DNA of 60,295 bases, from positions 1-60,295 of IMG/VR virus record IMGVR_UViG_3300010048_000004. One strand, 5' to 3'. Positions 18,223 to 26,950 of this stretch are shown here, one piece after another. Position numbers and translations under genes: made by a program. This stretch comes from a virus. Its lineage: Duplodnaviria > Caudoviricetes. The first letter of the stretch is position 1; each line of letters opens with the position of its first letter. Under the pieces are notes generated by a model. It was not told the DNA's origin. It saw only the letters and a program-made list of their open reading frames with translations, and did no database searches.

Positions 18223-18654
18223 TTATTGCGCGGCCAACACGCCACCGATGGTGGCGGCCAAAGTTTCCTCGCGTTTCTTGTCGCGCATATAGGACAGGCA
18301 TGCGTCCTGGCCGGGTTTCGAGAGGCTATAATAGATGCCCAGCGCGTCGTCGCCCCAGTGGAATGGATTGACCGAGATCAGTTCGGCGGGCGAGCATTCC
18401 AGCACGATGGCGAGAGTTTCCAGTTGGCTTTGCCGATAGTCGAGCTTGCCGGTTTCCAGACGTGAAATGGTCGGACGCAGGATTCCTTCACGGCCCCTTA
18501 GCCGGAAAGTCCTGGCCGACAATTCACCATGGGTGCGGATTTTCCGGAACAGCCGCCAATTTCTGATGTTGTTTTTCGTGCTGGCGGCACTGCGGATCAC
18601 ATTCATGCGGCGTTTGCGCTTAACCGCCTTGAGCCGCGTCACTTTTTTATGCAT
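18223..18654 (-). CDS. Putative phage repressor (XRE HTH, no peptidase domain)
   Basis: IRNWR...RPTISRLETGK...LAIVLECSPAEL; divergent from the cro-like gene. Confidence 0.7.
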   Translation of the reverse strand: MHKKVTRLKAVKRKRRMNVIRSAASTKNNIRNWRLFRKIRTHGELSARTFRLRGREGILRPTISRLETGKLDYRQSQLETLAIVLECSPAELISVNPFHWGDDALGIYYSLSKPGQDACLSYMRDKKREETLAATIGGVLAAQ

Positions 18655-18707
18655 CTGACAACACTCCCGTCACAATTGGTCCCACCCAAAATCAACTCCA
18701 GGTATCT

Positions 18708-18792
18708 GTACATACCATGTACAGCATCAGCAGGACCAGCGGCTTTTTAGTGCCATGATTTTCCATGGACTATTTGTGTTCTTTGGACGTAC
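18708..18792. promoter_or_regulatory. Genetic-switch operators (two GTWC-N7-GTAC boxes)
   Basis: GTAC-ATACCAT-GTAC at 18708-18722; GTTC-TTTGGAC-GTAC at 18778-18792. Confidence 0.7.
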
Positions 18793-18795
18793 ACC

Positions 18796-18999
18796 ATGAG
18801 GATGAATCATCAGCTTCAAGCTTGGATGACCAAGCACAAAATGCGCGACCATCAAGTGGCCCGGCTGGTAAAGCGCTCGCGCGTGCAGATCAGCCGCATT
18901 AGGCGCGGCAAAACCTATACCTCGGTTCCGACCGCGATGCGCTTACAAAAGTTAACCGGCATTGCGTGGTGGAATTTCATCAAGGGCGGGCACGCGTGA
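18796..18999 (+). CDS. Cro-like HTH protein
   Basis: VARLVKRSRVQISRIRRG; first gene of the rightward operon. Confidence 0.75.
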   Translation: MRMNHQLQAWMTKHKMRDHQVARLVKRSRVQISRIRRGKTYTSVPTAMRLQKLTGIAWWNFIKGGHA

Positions 19000-19463
19000 A
19001 AATCATATTCACCGTACCAGGACGAATTACCGGCAAGGAACGGCCCCGCTTCGGTCATGGCCATATGTACACACCGCAAAAAACCGCCAGCCACGAAACC
19101 ATGGTGGGCTACCTCGCGCTGCAGGCAATGGCCGGGAAACCCCTGATGGAAGGGCCGGTTGTTCTCACGGTCAAAGTCAACCGGCGCATGCCCAAGAAGA
19201 TGCCGCCAAGGGTGCGTGCTGGCTTGCTTCATTGGATTGGCCGCCCCGATGCGGACAATCAAGGCAAGCTGGTGATGGACGGCTGCTCGCGGGTGTGCTG
19301 GAAGGACGACGCTCAAATAAGCGATCTGCATGTGATCCGGCGCTATGCCGAGCGCGACTCAGTGGAGATCACGATTGAAGAAGTGACAATGACAGACATC
19401 AACCGCGAGCAATTTGAGGCGTCCCATGCGTTATGCGAAATGGCCGGACGATCAGATCAATGA
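18996..19463 (+). CDS. rusA: RusA-like Holliday junction resolvase
   Basis: GKERPR, RPDADN..K..MD..WKDDAQI motifs. Confidence 0.85.
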   Translation: MKIIFTVPGRITGKERPRFGHGHMYTPQKTASHETMVGYLALQAMAGKPLMEGPVVLTVKVNRRMPKKMPPRVRAGLLHWIGRPDADNQGKLVMDGCSRVCWKDDAQISDLHVIRRYAERDSVEITIEEVTMTDINREQFEASHALCEMAGRSDQ

Positions 19464-19806
19464 ATTGAGACAACGATGGTGGAACGGCGAGCGGCTGGCG
19501 GCAATTGGGCGCGCCATGAAACGAGACCCCAGCACCGTCAGGAAATGCGTTGAGCGCTACGGAATGCAACGCAATCCGCACGGCTGGAAACGGCCAACAC
19601 CGATGCCGCCGGAATTTTCATCACCGGCAAATGTTCAAATTCCGCGCGCCGATGGCTCGCTGGTCACCATACTGACGGTCAAACGCGATGAATGCCGCTG
19701 GATTGACGCCCACAATCACTTAAGCACGGCGGCGATGTGCGGGCGCAAAATTGCCAAAGGCGAAAAGGTCTACTGCTCGATGCACGCGAGAATCGCACAT
19801 GGCTGA
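19426..19806 (+). CDS. GcrA-like transcription regulator
   Basis: N-terminal W..D.I..L...W..G HTH and C-terminal CRW...CG....YC..H signature. Confidence 0.8.
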   Translation: MRYAKWPDDQINELRQRWWNGERLAAIGRAMKRDPSTVRKCVERYGMQRNPHGWKRPTPMPPEFSSPANVQIPRADGSLVTILTVKRDECRWIDAHNHLSTAAMCGRKIAKGEKVYCSMHARIAHG

Positions 19807-20017
19807 CGATAACGATAAATATAGTCATCCGCACTACAGTCTCGAATTTGAGCGCAAGATCGCGATCATTGCACTGGGCTTCATGGACGCGGCGCGCGAT
19901 GTGCTGAAAGACGATCCGTCACGCAAACGGCCCAGGACAAGTTACCTGCAGATGGCGCGGGGGAAAGCGATGGTTGCGCTCGAATTGCTTGAAGATGTTC
20001 TTGAGGGAAATGCATGA
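19799..20017 (+). CDS. Hypothetical protein
   Basis: Overlapping start and stop with neighbours. Confidence 0.55.
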   Translation: MADDNDKYSHPHYSLEFERKIAIIALGFMDAARDVLKDDPSRKRPRTSYLQMARGKAMVALELLEDVLEGNA

Positions 20018-20229
20018 GCGAAGAACTGAAAGAAATTCCGCCCCTGGTGCGCTATGTGATGAATGAGATCGACCGCATTGACAAAACAATGCACGCCCGC
20101 CGCTATGCAAATCCTCACGGAAAGCGCGACATGTATTTCGGTCAAGGCGGCTTTAAGGAGCAAGTGCTGGAGGCCCAGGCACGGGCCGCAATTACAGCGG
20201 TCGAGGAAGAAATGAGGCACCGCGATTGA
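20014..20229 (+). CDS. Hypothetical protein
   Basis: ATGA coupling. Confidence 0.55.
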   Translation: MSEELKEIPPLVRYVMNEIDRIDKTMHARRYANPHGKRDMYFGQGGFKEQVLEAQARAAITAVEEEMRHRD

Positions 20230-20780
20230 GCCAGCGCATGAGCGGCTACAAGCGCGAGCCGCGCGATCTCTATCAGACACCGGCATGGGTGACCGACACC
20301 CTGGTGCCGCATATTCCCACGCGGGTGAGATCGATATGGGAGCCTGCCGCTGGCGACGGCTTGATGGTGGCGGCACTCAAGCGCGCAGGCTATAGCGTGC
20401 GCGCCACCGATATTTCGCAAGGCGCAGATTTCCTCCGCATTCATGAGCTTTCTTGCGATGCGATCATTACCAACCCGCCTTATGCCCAGGCGGAAGAATT
20501 TATCATGCATGCGCTCAGCTTGAACGCATTTGTGGCGATGCTGCTGCGCACCGATTTCGATCACGCCGCCACGCGCCAGCATTTGTTCGCCAGGAATAAA
20601 TCGTTTGCAAAAAAACTGGTGCTGACAAAACGGATCACATGGTTCGAACGGCCCGGTGCGGCCCCCAGCTACAATCACGCTTGGTTTATGTGGGACAGAA
20701 CGCACACGGGATTGCCGACGCTCGCATATGCGCTGGATGCAAAACGCGTCACACACATCGCCGCGATTGCGCGCGAATAA
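20226..20780 (+). CDS. Amino (N6-adenine type) DNA methyltransferase
   Basis: YQTP, WEPAAGDG SAM-binding motif, ITNPPY catalytic motif. Confidence 0.85.
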   Translation: MSQRMSGYKREPRDLYQTPAWVTDTLVPHIPTRVRSIWEPAAGDGLMVAALKRAGYSVRATDISQGADFLRIHELSCDAIITNPPYAQAEEFIMHALSLNAFVAMLLRTDFDHAATRQHLFARNKSFAKKLVLTKRITWFERPGAAPSYNHAWFMWDRTHTGLPTLAYALDAKRVTHIAAIARE

Positions 20781-21066
20781 ACCGGACAAGCGAAAGACGC
20801 ATCGACATAAGTTGGGATTGACTCAGTGTGTTTGCGCACATGTGGGATGACTCCGCATGTTGTGGACAGTCCGTGTACAGCCGTTGCAGTTCGCGAGTGA
20901 TCGCGCGGGAAAAATTTGTGTGCCTTGGCGCAACGCGGGCTTGTGAAAGCAACGGCAACAGGCGTAACGATTCACGTTCGACGTTGAGGGACATCCGGCA
21001 TCGTGACCCGTGCTGGCAAATACAAATTCGCGTTGCTCATCCGCGCGTGCGAGCGGGGATAACGAG

Positions 21067-21978
21067 ATGGCGGAATTTCCAGCATTGCCATTATGGACAG
21101 ATGCCTATCTGGCGGACACAAAACACCTGTCAACAATTCAGCACGGTGCCTTCCTCCTGCTCCTGTTTGAAGCATGGCGAAGCAAGGACTGCAGCTTGCC
21201 GGATGATGACAAGTTCCTTGCAAAAATAACTGGCATGACCACCCAACAATGGACCCGAAATAAGCCTGTGCTCATGCAAAAATGGAACTTTGAAAATGGC
21301 CGATGGTGGAATGGGAGACTGCGTGATGAACTCAATTCTGTCAGACGGCAGCGTGATCAAAAGAAACATGCTGGGCAAGCTAGTGCATTGAAAAGATTGA
21401 ATCGATCTTCAACGGCTGTTCAACAGCCGTTCAACGGCTGTTCAACACCCACACCCACACCCATAACCAGACTCTCTCTCCCTTCGGGTTTTGAAAGACA
21501 AAACCCTCCGGGAGAGAGAGCAGCGCGCGATGCGCGCGACGAAGAAGGAACTCTCTCTCAGGAGGAGGGAGGGAACAAAACAACGCAAGAAAAAAACAAG
21601 GAAGGAACCAGAACCAAGGAAGGAACCAGGGGCTGGGAACAGGGGAGAAAAATCGAGCAAAATTGGTTGAGCGAAGCTGAGCAAAAAATCATCGAGCTTC
21701 ACCTCCCCATCGTTGCTGTTGTCGAGGCTGAGAAATTCCAAATTTTTTTCAGCGCGCGCCCGCAGATCGTTTGCAGCGACGAGCAATGGCGCGCGAAGTG
21801 GCTGGTGTGGTGCTTGAACGCGAAGGGGCATGACGAGCCGAGAGGGAATGGTCATGACCGACGATCACTCTACGAGCGACTTGGAATTTCTGACGACGGA
21901 TCAATTGGCGAAAGCGCGAGTGAAGAAAGCCCTGGCCGATCTGGTGGCGGTTTATCCGCGAAGCCGCCTGACGAATGA
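21067..21978 (+). CDS. DUF1376/YdaU-family replication initiator
   Basis: PLWTDAYLADT.HLS..QHGAFLLLL...LPDDD..LAKI motif; internal iterons. Confidence 0.85.
   Translation: MAEFPALPLWTDAYLADTKHLSTIQHGAFLLLLFEAWRSKDCSLPDDDKFLAKITGMTTQQWTRNKPVLMQKWNFENGRWWNGRLRDELNSVRRQRDQKKHAGQASALKRLNRSSTAVQQPFNGCSTPTPTPITRLSLPSGFERQNPPGERAARDARDEEGTLSQEEGGNKTTQEKNKEGTRTKEGTRGWEQGRKIEQNWLSEAEQKIIELHLPIVAVVEAEKFQIFFSARPQIVCSDEQWRAKWLVWCLNAKGHDEPRGNGHDRRSLYERLGISDDGSIGESASEESPGRSGGGLSAKPPDE
21408..21446 (+). repeat. Putative origin iterons (11-bp tandem repeat, ~3.5 copies)
   Basis: TTCAACGGCTG TTCAACAGCCG TTCAACGGCTG TTCAAC inside the initiator gene. Confidence 0.65.
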
Positions 21979-22366
21979 GCAAGCGGAGACGATCATCAAC
22001 CAGATTGTCGAAGATCTAAAATTCCGTTTCGGCGCGCCGCAGGTGCTGGTCGCGATTGCGACCTATCGCATGAATGCGATGAACCGGTATTACCCGACCA
22101 GTGGACAGCTTGCGGCGTTGGCGCAAAGCGAAGTGCAGCATGAGCGCGTCATGCGTTCGCCCGTGCGCGGTCCTGAATTTCCGGAGCCTGGACCCGATGG
22201 AAAGCCTGTGAGCAGACCCTTGCGCTGGTGGCTGCAGCCGAAACGATTTTGGAAAGCGCATTGGCGCGAGAGTGAAATTCCGGCAAGCGAGCAAGAGCCG
22301 TATCGCAATTGGATTGCTGCGATCAAGGCTGGAGCGGTGCCGTATCGTGAACCAAACGATTACTAG
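21854..22366 (+). CDS. Replication-associated protein (helicase loader-like position)
   Basis: Follows the initiator; YYPTSGQL motif. Confidence 0.5.
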   Translation: MTDDHSTSDLEFLTTDQLAKARVKKALADLVAVYPRSRLTNEQAETIINQIVEDLKFRFGAPQVLVAIATYRMNAMNRYYPTSGQLAALAQSEVQHERVMRSPVRGPEFPEPGPDGKPVSRPLRWWLQPKRFWKAHWRESEIPASEQEPYRNWIAAIKAGAVPYREPNDY

Positions 22367-22377
22367 GGGAATGCGTC

Positions 22378-23001
22378 ATGGCGAGATCGCGGCGACAGCA
22401 GCAGGAAAATTTCGAAGAGGCTTGTCCGCGACCGAAGCCTGGACCGGGGCAAGTGTTTCGCCGCGAGTTGATCGATGCGCAGTCGGGGCATGCCAAGCGG
22501 TATCGCAATATTGCGATAACGCCGCTCACGCTGGCGTTCGAGACCGGCAAGCTCACCACCGATGCCGAAAGGCGATGGCAGCGCGATCCAGTGAAGCATC
22601 GCGTGCCGGGCATCATCGCGGTGGACCGCCGCGATTGCGGAGAAAAATTTTCCCGCTGGTATGCGGTGCGCATGGGCGGCGGGACGCGCGACAGTTCGCA
22701 GCCGCTGATCAATGGCGGCGTACAGGCGACGTTCACGGAGCGTCAGGAGCATGCGGGCAGGCAGTTGCAATTCGTGCGCGGCAAAATGGGGCGGCAGAAT
22801 TTTTTGATCGTGGAAGCATTTTGCGGCAACGGCTGCAGCATGATCGAAAGCTTGCGGGTTGCCGGTGTCGAAGCACATCCGGTGGGCACCGCCTATCGCA
22901 TTCGCGAGGCGCTCGATGATCTGGTTGCGGTGATGACCGGAAGATTTCTCATTCCGATGCTGGTGCCGTGTACGCGGCGGAACACGGTGGAACATCCTTG
23001 A
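22378..23001 (+). CDS. Hypothetical protein (late-regulator position)
   Basis: 207 aa ending ...RIREALDDL, in the usual position of Q-like regulators. Confidence 0.5.
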   Translation: MARSRRQQQENFEEACPRPKPGPGQVFRRELIDAQSGHAKRYRNIAITPLTLAFETGKLTTDAERRWQRDPVKHRVPGIIAVDRRDCGEKFSRWYAVRMGGGTRDSSQPLINGGVQATFTERQEHAGRQLQFVRGKMGRQNFLIVEAFCGNGCSMIESLRVAGVEAHPVGTAYRIREALDDLVAVMTGRFLIPMLVPCTRRNTVEHP

Positions 23002-23060
23002 CGAAAATAATTATTCATGCGACCGAATGCGGCACAGCACGCATTGCGAGCTTTGATTGG

Positions 23061-23127
23061 TGAGGCCAGGGATTTCCGCGTAGCTGGTTCGTCCCCTCAA
23101 CCCGCCCTACGACCCTCCTTGGCCTCA
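23061..23127 (+). ncRNA. Candidate rod-shaped RNA hairpin
   Basis: TGAGGCCAGGGA / TCCTTGGCCTCA with inner CGTAG/CTACG and GGTT/AACC stems. Confidence 0.35.
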
Positions 23128-23287
23128 TCGTCAAAGAATTTAATTCAATCAAATTGGAACCGATTGAGAAGCTCGCACACGGCGAGTTTTGTGTGCCGGT
23201 ACATCACCTCAAGGCATCACAGTTTACGTTGCTCATGTGGCTTAGAATTGAAATGGTGGCAATCTGGAGCACACGGAGGAAAGTTCG

Positions 23288-23551
23288 ATGACTTGGAGCG
23301 TGAACTTCGTGGCGAAGAGTTCCAATGATGCTGTGGAGCATATCAGTAAAGTCGATCATATGCCAGCCGAGCAGAAGGAGGCTTTGGTGGCGATGATCGA
23401 TGCGCTCATGCTCAGTGATGATCATCGCGTGATCCACGTTCAAGCGGATGGGCATATCGATCAATGGGGCGGGCAGTGTTCGGCCAAAGTGATGGTGATC
23501 GATGTTGCAGAGATTGCAGCAGTGAAAGTGCTGGCGGGCGCTATGCAATGA
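23288..23551 (+). CDS. Hypothetical protein
   Basis: GGAGG RBS. Confidence 0.65.
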   Translation: MTWSVNFVAKSSNDAVEHISKVDHMPAEQKEALVAMIDALMLSDDHRVIHVQADGHIDQWGGQCSAKVMVIDVAEIAAVKVLAGAMQ

Positions 23552-23841
23552 GCGGATTGTCAGGACGTTGTTTCGTTACTTTTGGTGATGATCGTTTAAT
23601 TTCGCATCAAGGTCTGGTTATCGCTGAGATCGCTGACGCCCTTTATCTGGTGCAGTATTTCGATTGGATCGTCGGTGAACTTAGCACGATGGAGATTGTT
23701 GGCGTTGAAGAGATGAGGGGTTCGCCAAGTTTGGTGCGCAATAGACCTGGTGCGTGGATGTTTTTTGAGGACGACAAACACCTCAAGGCGTGGCTTGCGA
23801 GCTACGGCAAGCAGTATCTGCACTATGTGGATAAGCAATGA
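23548..23841 (+). CDS. Hypothetical protein
   Basis: ATGA coupling. Confidence 0.6.
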   Translation: MSGLSGRCFVTFGDDRLISHQGLVIAEIADALYLVQYFDWIVGELSTMEIVGVEEMRGSPSLVRNRPGAWMFFEDDKHLKAWLASYGKQYLHYVDKQ

Positions 23842-24101
23842 GGGCGCGGTTTCTTGGCAAGCGCAGAGGCGCGAAGCACGCGGCGACCAAGCGCATTGCT
23901 GAGCAGGTGAATCTCATTCCAAAACCGTTTGCCGAAATGACGCTGGCGGAATTGCTGGAAGAGCGGAGTCATTGGCAGACGATGATCGACAGCCGGTTCG
24001 AAAGCGAGGCGGCGAAAGAAACCGCGCGGCGTACTCTCGACCGTTGCAACAAGTTCATTGAAGAGATAGCGCGCAAAAATGTGTGCGGTTACACGCGATG
24101 A
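23838..24101 (+). CDS. Hypothetical protein
   Basis: ATGA coupling. Confidence 0.55.
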   Translation: MRARFLGKRRGAKHAATKRIAEQVNLIPKPFAEMTLAELLEERSHWQTMIDSRFESEAAKETARRTLDRCNKFIEEIARKNVCGYTR

Positions 24102-24741
24102 AAATGGACGCGTGATTGTGTCCGCGAAAATTTTTGCGCACGGCAAACATCGCTGGATGAAAAAATGTTCCAGCGAAATCAATTTTTGAATCGCAATTTG
24201 GTTTTAGTTCAAAAATGGAAAAAACAATCATCCCATAGGAAAATTTTGGAGATCGCATGGCGAAAAAACAGATGAAGTTGAAGGCGCGCACGGGCAAGGT
24301 GCACCGTGGCACGGGACGCACGGAGCCAGTACCTGTCAAAGCAAGAGTGGCCAGAAAAGGGCGCTAACGGAGTCAAGGGGACAGATTGCCGCACTAGCCT
24401 TTTTCCTGCTCCAGGCCAGTCTGACCTTGGTTCCGTTGACACTGCTAACACTGCTACGGGCTCTAGGAAGCGCGTACAGAGGTTTTTCGGGCGTGCTGGC
24501 TATCATAGCCTAGTGTGCCGTAAGTAGGCTCAGCGGGCTTTAAAATCGTCCTCACGGCAATTTAGTCCGTAGGCTAATCCGGCCTAAATTGGGTCTCTAT
24601 GGCCCCTGGAATAGGGTAGGAACGGGGCCGCAATAGGCCTATAGCCCATGGTCTAGCCCGCGAGAATGCCAGCCCTAGCGCGTTCTAGCGCGTCTCATGC
24701 GAGAGCATGGTTTGACGCGTGCGCAGTGTGGTGCGCTACAC

Positions 24742-24777
24742 AAAAGAAAAACCCGCCACGCTTTCGCGTGACGGGTT
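24742..24777 (-). terminator. Intrinsic terminator ending the minus-strand cassette
   Basis: AACCCGTCACGC-GAAA-GCGTGGCGGGTT then TTTCTTTT on the minus strand. Confidence 0.85.
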
Positions 24778-24807
24778 ATTCCGTGTGCGGATTAAACCGC
24801 GCTGCGA

Positions 24808-25011
24808 TTATTTTTCGCGTAATAACATCTCAAGATAACCAGGAATGTTTTTGTTCAAGGCATCCCATGCATTGCGCGCGTCGTCGTGGTTATTAAATTC
24901 GAATACAACAGTTGCCGCTATCTGCGCATTACTCACTTGATAGTATGAGCGAGGCTCGCGGTCTTTTTTCCATGCTTGTCCGAGAAACCATTTTGGTTTT
25001 GGCGTGCTCAT
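24808..25011 (-). CDS. Cassette hypothetical protein
   Basis: GAGGA RBS, ATGA coupling. Confidence 0.6.
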   Translation of the reverse strand: MSTPKPKWFLGQAWKKDREPRSYYQVSNAQIAATVVFEFNNHDDARNAWDALNKNIPGYLEMLLREK

Positions 25012-25364
25012 ATTTCCTCGCAAGAATTTTCTTCGTCTGAATTTTCTTCTGGCCATAAGAAAAATTCATCGCGGTCACTCCATTCCATGCCGTGCGGAAT
25101 CAGCCAGCAATCGCCATTCTGGTAAACGGAATATTTGATTCCGTTTTCATCCGTCACGCATGCATTGTCGCAAATATTGTCCCATGCTTCCCAATACCAT
25201 TCGTGATTCGGGCCCGTTTCGAGAATTTTCCAATCATCTGCATCGACTCCGGAAACGTCACGCTCGCGATTGATAAACGAGTTTGCAAAATCGCGCGGAA
25301 TATGAATGCCGCGTGATTCATTCAACCAGAGAATGGGCTCAGGCTTCGAAATTTGAGTCGTCAT
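25008..25364 (-). CDS. Cassette acidic, Trp-rich protein
   Basis: ACTCGAAAGGAC RBS; acidic C-terminus. Confidence 0.7.
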   Translation of the reverse strand: MTTQISKPEPILWLNESRGIHIPRDFANSFINRERDVSGVDADDWKILETGPNHEWYWEAWDNICDNACVTDENGIKYSVYQNGDCWLIPHGMEWSDRDEFFLWPEENSDEENSCEEI

Positions 25365-25365
25365 G

Positions 25366-25587
25366 TTAGTTTGTCCTTTCGAGTATCGCGGCCAACCGAT
25401 CAAGTTTGTCCGCGTGCTGTGAGAGTATCGTGATTAGTTTCGCGTGCACGTGATTAGGAATGGTTGACGTGCCCGAAACGTAGCGTGAAACAGTGCGCCG
25501 GTTTATTTGGAGTTCATCGGCAAGTACAGTTTGCCAACTGGGCCCAAATAATTCTTTGCCTATTGTTTCGAATTGCAGCGGAGTCAT
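25366..25587 (-). CDS. HTH DNA-binding protein
   Basis: LFGPSWQTVLADELQINRRTVSRY. Confidence 0.75.
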   Translation of the reverse strand: MTPLQFETIGKELFGPSWQTVLADELQINRRTVSRYVSGTSTIPNHVHAKLITILSQHADKLDRLAAILERTN

Positions 25588-25787
25588 GAGTGCGTATATC
25601 CGTCAGTCTCAATTCCGATTTGCATTCCGCACCATGGCACCATAACGCAACCAAGTAGCGGGCTATTCCATGCGCCATCCAAAAACTGATTCAGTGTTTT
25701 TGGATTTGCGCTTTCTTTGCATTGGCGAGTGTAAAGATTCATGAGTGAATCCCATTGCGCTGGCGTTACGTCTTTTTCAGTAAGCAT
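25584..25787 (-). CDS. Cassette hypothetical protein
   Basis: AAAGGAC RBS; C-terminal GMQIGIETDGYTHS. Confidence 0.65.
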   Translation of the reverse strand: MLTEKDVTPAQWDSLMNLYTRQCKESANPKTLNQFLDGAWNSPLLGCVMVPWCGMQIGIETDGYTHS

Positions 25788-25801
25788 TGTTTGATGTCCT
25801 T

Positions 25802-25975
25802 TTAGTTTGCTGGTTTACGATTAAGCGCGCGATTAATGTATGCATCTAATTCGGCGCGATTCTCACGGATAAAATTGCGCATGCTTAAGCGTGAGCTTCG
25901 TTGCCAATTGTAAAGGCCTTCATCGTTTAAAACCCAAAGCTCACGCTCTTTATCATTCAATGTTTTGTTTTTCAC
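25802..25975 (-). CDS. Cassette hypothetical protein (57 aa, not in ORF track)
   Basis: GTG start after ACTCGAAAGGAC; LWVLNDEGLYNW. Confidence 0.65.
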   Translation of the reverse strand: MKNKTLNDKERELWVLNDEGLYNWQRSSRLSMRNFIRENRAELDAYINRALNRKPAN

Positions 25976-26055
25976 ACTCTGTCCTTTCGAGTTAGTTGTT
26001 TGAGAATTGCGATTATGATTCCGAGTCCGATCAATTCTAGAATTGCTTCCAACAT
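25972..26055 (-). CDS. 27-aa hydrophobic membrane peptide
   Basis: MLEAILELIGLGIIIAILKQLTRKDRV; TAATG and GTGA coupling. Confidence 0.45.
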   Translation of the reverse strand: MLEAILELIGLGIIIAILKQLTRKDRV

Positions 26056-26870
26056 TAGCGCGTCACGTTGAAAACTTTTTCGTTTGCGCCTTCGTTGAAT
26101 GCGTCGCGGTACTCATGCCATACGGAGTCGATAAGCTCTGCGCGTTCTTCGCGGGCCTTTTGTATGTCGTGATAGTGTTTGCGAATGTTCGCGCGCAACG
26201 TTTTACAAATTGCTGGCGCGTCAACTGTGATTTGCTTTTGTGCTTTTCGAAGCTCTGCGCAGATTTGCAGAATGTGTTTTCGGTCTGATTTTATATTTTC
26301 TCCTAAGTCATAATATTGACTGCCAGCCTGCCATGCTTCGTCATACTCGCGCGATTTTTCCGCTGCATATTCTGCGAGCGAATCTGCAGTGCGCGCCGCG
26401 TCACGTTTTGCAGAGTCTGCATCGTCACAAGAATACAGATCACGAAAATCCAATGCTGCCGAATGTTCACCGCATGTATCGGACCAACCGCGTTTTGAAT
26501 TTGAACCTTCACGATAACCGGGAATAAAAATTGCTTTCCCGTTTCGCGCTGGCAATTGGTAGACGCAAGCGCGGTATACTTCGTCCCAGTCACCAGCGCG
26601 AATATACCAGCCCTGATGTGAATCACGAGAAACGCGCAATTCATCTTGCCAGCCAACAAAGCGTAAGCCTATTTCATCGGGGTTACACCATTGCAAGCCT
26701 TGCGCATCCGGTTTGAAGCATTGTGCACCGTGCGCAATTTCGCGCGGATAGCGCTTCACGTTGTTTGCAACATCCTCACGTGCACGCTTAAGCGATGTAA
26801 CGGCATTGCCACACGGATATTTTCTTTGCCAGTAAGTAAACGCGTCTTTTAATTCTTCAGTGACAGTCAT
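26055..26870 (-). CDS. Cassette hypothetical protein
   Basis: 271 aa; ACTCGAAAGGAC RBS. Confidence 0.75.
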   Translation of the reverse strand: MTVTEELKDAFTYWQRKYPCGNAVTSLKRAREDVANNVKRYPREIAHGAQCFKPDAQGLQWCNPDEIGLRFVGWQDELRVSRDSHQGWYIRAGDWDEVYRACVYQLPARNGKAIFIPGYREGSNSKRGWSDTCGEHSAALDFRDLYSCDDADSAKRDAARTADSLAEYAAEKSREYDEAWQAGSQYYDLGENIKSDRKHILQICAELRKAQKQITVDAPAICKTLRANIRKHYHDIQKAREERAELIDSVWHEYRDAFNEGANEKVFNVTR

Positions 26871-26950
26871 TTGGTTTTGTCCTTTCGAGTACGACGCAAT
26901 AGCGCGTCTAAATGCGCAACGCGTTTTCGCACGTTGCGCATTCCGTCACG

